This document shows, piece after piece, positions 38,576 to 41,110 of a stretch of DNA of 41,110 bases; within the stretch, counting starts at the first letter, position 1; every line of letters begins with the position of its first letter. Source of the DNA: a bacterium. GTDB lineage: Bacteria; T1Sed10-126. Below the pieces are notes generated by a model. It saw nothing but the letters and a program-made list of their open reading frames with translations. It was not told the DNA's origin and ran no database searches. Both the position numbers and the translations under genes were made by a program. The stretch covers positions 1 through 41,110 of the forward strand of contig PWOD01000233.1 of NCBI GenBank assembly GCA_003557545.1, read 5' to 3'.

Positions 38576-39231
38576 GTTTGATTTTTAGATTATTTAAAAC
38601 TGATCTCCGCAAACTGATTATCAATTCACCCTTTATCTGGCTGCTGACTTTAGCTAGTAATCTGGTATTGTTGTTTGGCTATTTTTTGTTTCGATTAGTT
38701 GGGCTCAGGCTTGATCTTTTTTTACCGGCAACCCTCTGGGCAATTGTTTTTGTAACAGCTCTGGTTGTCATTTTACCGGTTGTCTATAGGGATTATCGCC
38801 ATGGACTTGTTCGGCTCTATGCGCTGGCCGGTACTCATCCATTCAGATATTATCTCGTTAGAACAGTTATTGGTTTATTATATCTGCTGGCCCCTGTGAT
38901 CACTCTTACCCTGGTTCTGTTTTTTTTGTTGGACTTATCGTCCGCCGCCGCGATCCTGTTATTTATTCTTCTGATACTAAAATCACTGGCGATTATTAAT
39001 CTTTCTATCTGGATAATTGGCCTGACCGCTCCTTTCTCCTGGCAGTTTTTTCTTGTTGTAATAGCTCCCTTTATCGTGCCGCAGTTAATTGCCGGAATTT
39101 ATCTATTCCGGCTGATGTTTGATCCGGCAGGAGTCTATCCGGGGGCCTGGATTTACTGGCTTATCAGCTATATTTTTATTCTGATCTGCGGTATCTGGCT
39201 GTCGGCGGATTTTATCTGGGAGGAACTCTAG
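38572..39231 (+). CDS. CcmB-like (heme exporter B family) membrane protein
   Basis: About six TM helices. 'IFRLFKTDLRKL' and 'YRDYRHGLVRLYAL' align by eye with E. coli CcmB 'IFRLELRVAFR' and 'FRDDLQDGSLEQLML'. GTG start and TAG stop. Confidence 0.55.
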   Translation: MSLIFRLFKTDLRKLIINSPFIWLLTLASNLVLLFGYFLFRLVGLRLDLFLPATLWAIVFVTALVVILPVVYRDYRHGLVRLYALAGTHPFRYYLVRTVIGLLYLLAPVITLTLVLFFLLDLSSAAAILLFILLILKSLAIINLSIWIIGLTAPFSWQFFLVVIAPFIVPQLIAGIYLFRLMFDPAGVYPGAWIYWLISYIFILICGIWLSADFIWEEL

Positions 39232-39869
39232 TGAAAATTTTTAATTGGGCTTATGATATCACACTGGCAATTTTGCTTCTGTTGACTGGCTGGCAGATTA
39301 TTTTTACCGAAAATATGGTGAGTCAGCCGTTATATTCAGGAGTCTTATTTCAGCTGTTTTATTATTCTTTTGTGCTGGTTGTTTTTATTTATCTTTTTGT
39401 TTTTGCGCTCGGTTCTTATCTCTATCTTTTTACCGGAGGACGACGTTCTACTGCAGCCATTAGCTCTCTGGCCGCCACACATTATCTGTTTGTTGGTCTG
39501 GTGCTTCTTCTGGGGATTCTTCGGGCCGCGTTTCAGCCCTGGTTTGTCCTTACTCAGGATCCTGTCTGGTTATCATACAGTCTGCTCTGGGCGATGTTTA
39601 CAGTCTGGTTTTTTATTCAAAAAAAGATTGGTTGTCCTCGCTGGCGATTTTTTTGTTCAGCTATATACGGTCTCTTGATGGTTCTACATCTACCTATAAT
39701 ATTGACTGCTTTCAGTTATCATACAGAACTGGCGTCGGCTCACCATCTTGCTGTTACAGGCTATTCTTTGCTGACACTCATACTGCTGTTTAGCGGCCTG
39801 CTGTTCCTTAGAATATATAGATTTTTTTATCATGAAATAAGGTTTTCCCGGGTCAAGTGTGGATCATAA
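39231..39869 (+). CDS. CcmC-like membrane protein lacking the Trp-rich (WWD) motif
   Basis: Six predicted TM helices with an order and spacing resembling CcmC. The WGxxWxWD position reads 'FQPWFVLTQDPVWLS' (39531-39575). The GTG start overlaps the upstream TAG by 1 nt. Confidence 0.4.
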   Translation: MKIFNWAYDITLAILLLLTGWQIIFTENMVSQPLYSGVLFQLFYYSFVLVVFIYLFVFALGSYLYLFTGGRRSTAAISSLAATHYLFVGLVLLLGILRAAFQPWFVLTQDPVWLSYSLLWAMFTVWFFIQKKIGCPRWRFFCSAIYGLLMVLHLPIILTAFSYHTELASAHHLAVTGYSLLTLILLFSGLLFLRIYRFFYHEIRFSRVKCGS

Positions 39870-39903
39870 GGCGGGAGCTAATTAGAGAGGATAAGGTTGT
39901 TTT

Positions 39904-41110
39904 ATGTCGGCTGATACTCGTTGGATAAAAATTGTTGGTGCTCGGGAGCATAATCTTACCGGGATAGATCTTCAACTTCCACGTGAAAAAATTACCGTAA
40001 TAACCGGACTGTCCGGCTCAGGAAAATCTTCCCTGGCCTTTGATACACTCTATGCCGAAGGTCAGAGGCGATTTGTTGAATCACTTTCGGCCTATGCTCG
40101 CCGTTTTTTGGGGCAACTTGATAAACCCGATGTTGAACGTATTGAGGGGCTGACTCCAACAATTGCAATTGATCAGAAAAACAGCTCTCATAATCCTCGC
40201 TCAACTGTTGGTACGGTTACGGAGATTTATGATTATTTTAGACTTTTGTATGCTCGGGTTGGTGAGGTATTCTGTCCCTGCTGTGGGACAAAAATTGAAG
40301 CTACCACCATCGATCGAATGGTTGAGGTGGTTCTCGATAGAGATGCCGGCACACGGTTGTTAATAATTGCCCCGGTTGTCCGGGGCCGTAAGGGTGAGTA
40401 TAAAAAAGAGTTAAAAAATCTTCAGACCGAAGGTTATCCCAGGGTTCGTATTGATGGCCAGTTGTACCGGCTTGATCGGGAACGTGTTCCAGAGTTGGAA
40501 AAGCAGGAAAAACATACTATAGAGGTAGTTATTGATCGGGTTAAACTGAAAAATTCTGATGAAAATCGCAGTCGGATTGCTGATTCCATGGAACTGGCAA
40601 TTAAATTATCCGGTGGCCTTGTTACTGTAGAGGAAGCTGATTCGGGAGAAGCGGTTACTATGAGTGAACAGTTTGCCTGTCCTGATTGTGGTTATTCTTA
40701 TTCTGAAATAGAACCCCGAATCTTTTCTTTTAACAGTCCCTATGGGGCCTGTGAAACCTGTGATGGTCTCGGTCATGATCTGCGGGTTGATCCGGATCTG
40801 ATCTTTGATAAGCGGTTGTCGATCGCCGATGGAGCACTTCAGCCCTTTTCCAGTTCATCTTCCACCTGGTTTCAACAAAAAATTCGAGCTCTTGCCAGAC
40901 ATTACGATATCGATCTCGAAAAACCGGTAAATCAGTTAACTGATCGTGAACGGCAGATAATTCTTTATGGCACCGAGGAAAAACTGAACTTTAATTTTTC
41001 CTCTCGGGATGGCGCCTATAGTTTTGAAGGGGTCTATGAAGGAGCAATACCGCTGGTTTGGAAACGTTATAAACGTTCCTCCGGCCGCCGGGTTCGACGG
41101 GCCATGGAAA
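39904..41110 (+). CDS. uvrA: excinuclease ABC subunit A (5' part, continues beyond the window)
   Basis: Translated by hand because it is not in the ORF track. ATG at 39904 with GAGAGGA upstream, and no stop to the window end. 'IVGAREHNLTGIDLQLPREKITVITGLSGSGKSSLAFDTLYAEGQRRFVESLSAYARRFLGQ', 'IAIDQK', and zinc modules 'CPCCG' and 'CPDCGYS...CETCDGLG'. Confidence 0.95.
   Translation, partial: MSADTRWIKIVGAREHNLTGIDLQLPREKITVITGLSGSGKSSLAFDTLYAEGQRRFVESLSAYARRFLGQLDKPDVERIEGLTPTIAIDQKNSSHNPRSTVGTVTEIYDYFRLLYARVGEVFCPCCGTKIEATTIDRMVEVVLDRDAGTRLLIIAPVVRGRKGEYKKELKNLQTEGYPRVRIDGQLYRLDRERVPELEKQEKHTIEVVIDRVKLKNSDENRSRIADSMELAIKLSGGLVTVEEADSGEAVTMSEQFACPDCGYSYSEIEPRIFSFNSPYGACETCDGLGHDLRVDPDLIFDKRLSIADGALQPFSSSSSTWFQQKIRALARHYDIDLEKPVNQLTDRERQIILYGTEEKLNFNFSSRDGAYSFEGVYEGAIPLVWKRYKRSSGRRVRRAME

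Noticed and set aside
38076-39678. Alternative-frame ORFs 38076..38315 and 39370..39678 inside the Ccm-like genes.
   Set aside because: They overlap the longer ORFs that carry family-level similarity. They are typical T-rich hydrophobic out-of-frame artefacts of membrane-protein genes.
1-41110. Window-wide scan for CRISPR repeats, transposases, integrases, inverted terminal repeats, phage genes, toxin-antitoxin pairs or known defence genes.
   Set aside because: None were seen. Every ORF over ~140 aa that is not a shadow ORF is assigned to housekeeping, envelope or metabolic families. I noticed no regularly spaced direct repeats by eye, but an exhaustive repeat search was not possible without tools.

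Overview
This window is mostly conserved housekeeping and cell-envelope genes from a bacterium with an LPS outer membrane. I found no CRISPR array, transposase, integrase, phage gene or recognisable defence or toxin island, so no clear novel system is supported.

Gene content, left to right:
- A lipoprotein-like alpha/beta hydrolase, cut by the window edge.
- On the minus strand: pyrF plus a small coupled ORF, an arylpyruvate fermentation block (iorA, iorB, ACT-domain protein, paaK), and two tandem YibE/F-like membrane proteins.
- tRNA-Gly(CCC), then a 460-bp non-coding gap that contains a strong intrinsic terminator.
- A long plus-strand run: rpsB-tsf-pyrH-frr-uppS-cdsA-dxr-rseP-ispG-proS-polC, then thiD.
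- An outer-membrane and lipid A cluster: bamA, two skp/ompH genes, lpxD, a fused lpxC/fabZ, lpxA, lpxI and a HAD hydrolase.
- ctpA, a yibQ-like deacetylase and a split transketolase.
- A three-gene CcmABC-like operon.
- The 5' part of uvrA (39904 to the window end), which is open but absent from the supplied ORF track.

The rpsB-to-polC order is Firmicutes-like. Together with PolC and the LPS genes it suggests a diderm Firmicutes-like lineage; this is inference only.

Anomalies worth a second look:
1. polC is interrupted by a single in-frame TAG at 21295-21297, with no indel or insertion, while its polymerase motifs look intact.
2. The PolC proofreading exonuclease insert appears to have lost ExoII and ExoIII catalytic residues.
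3. The CcmABC-like operon keeps its family architecture, but the ATPase motifs and the CcmC Trp-rich and His motifs all appear replaced, and the ATPase-like gene has no canonical start for its N-terminal part.

All family calls come from reading the supplied translations by eye. No database search was run.
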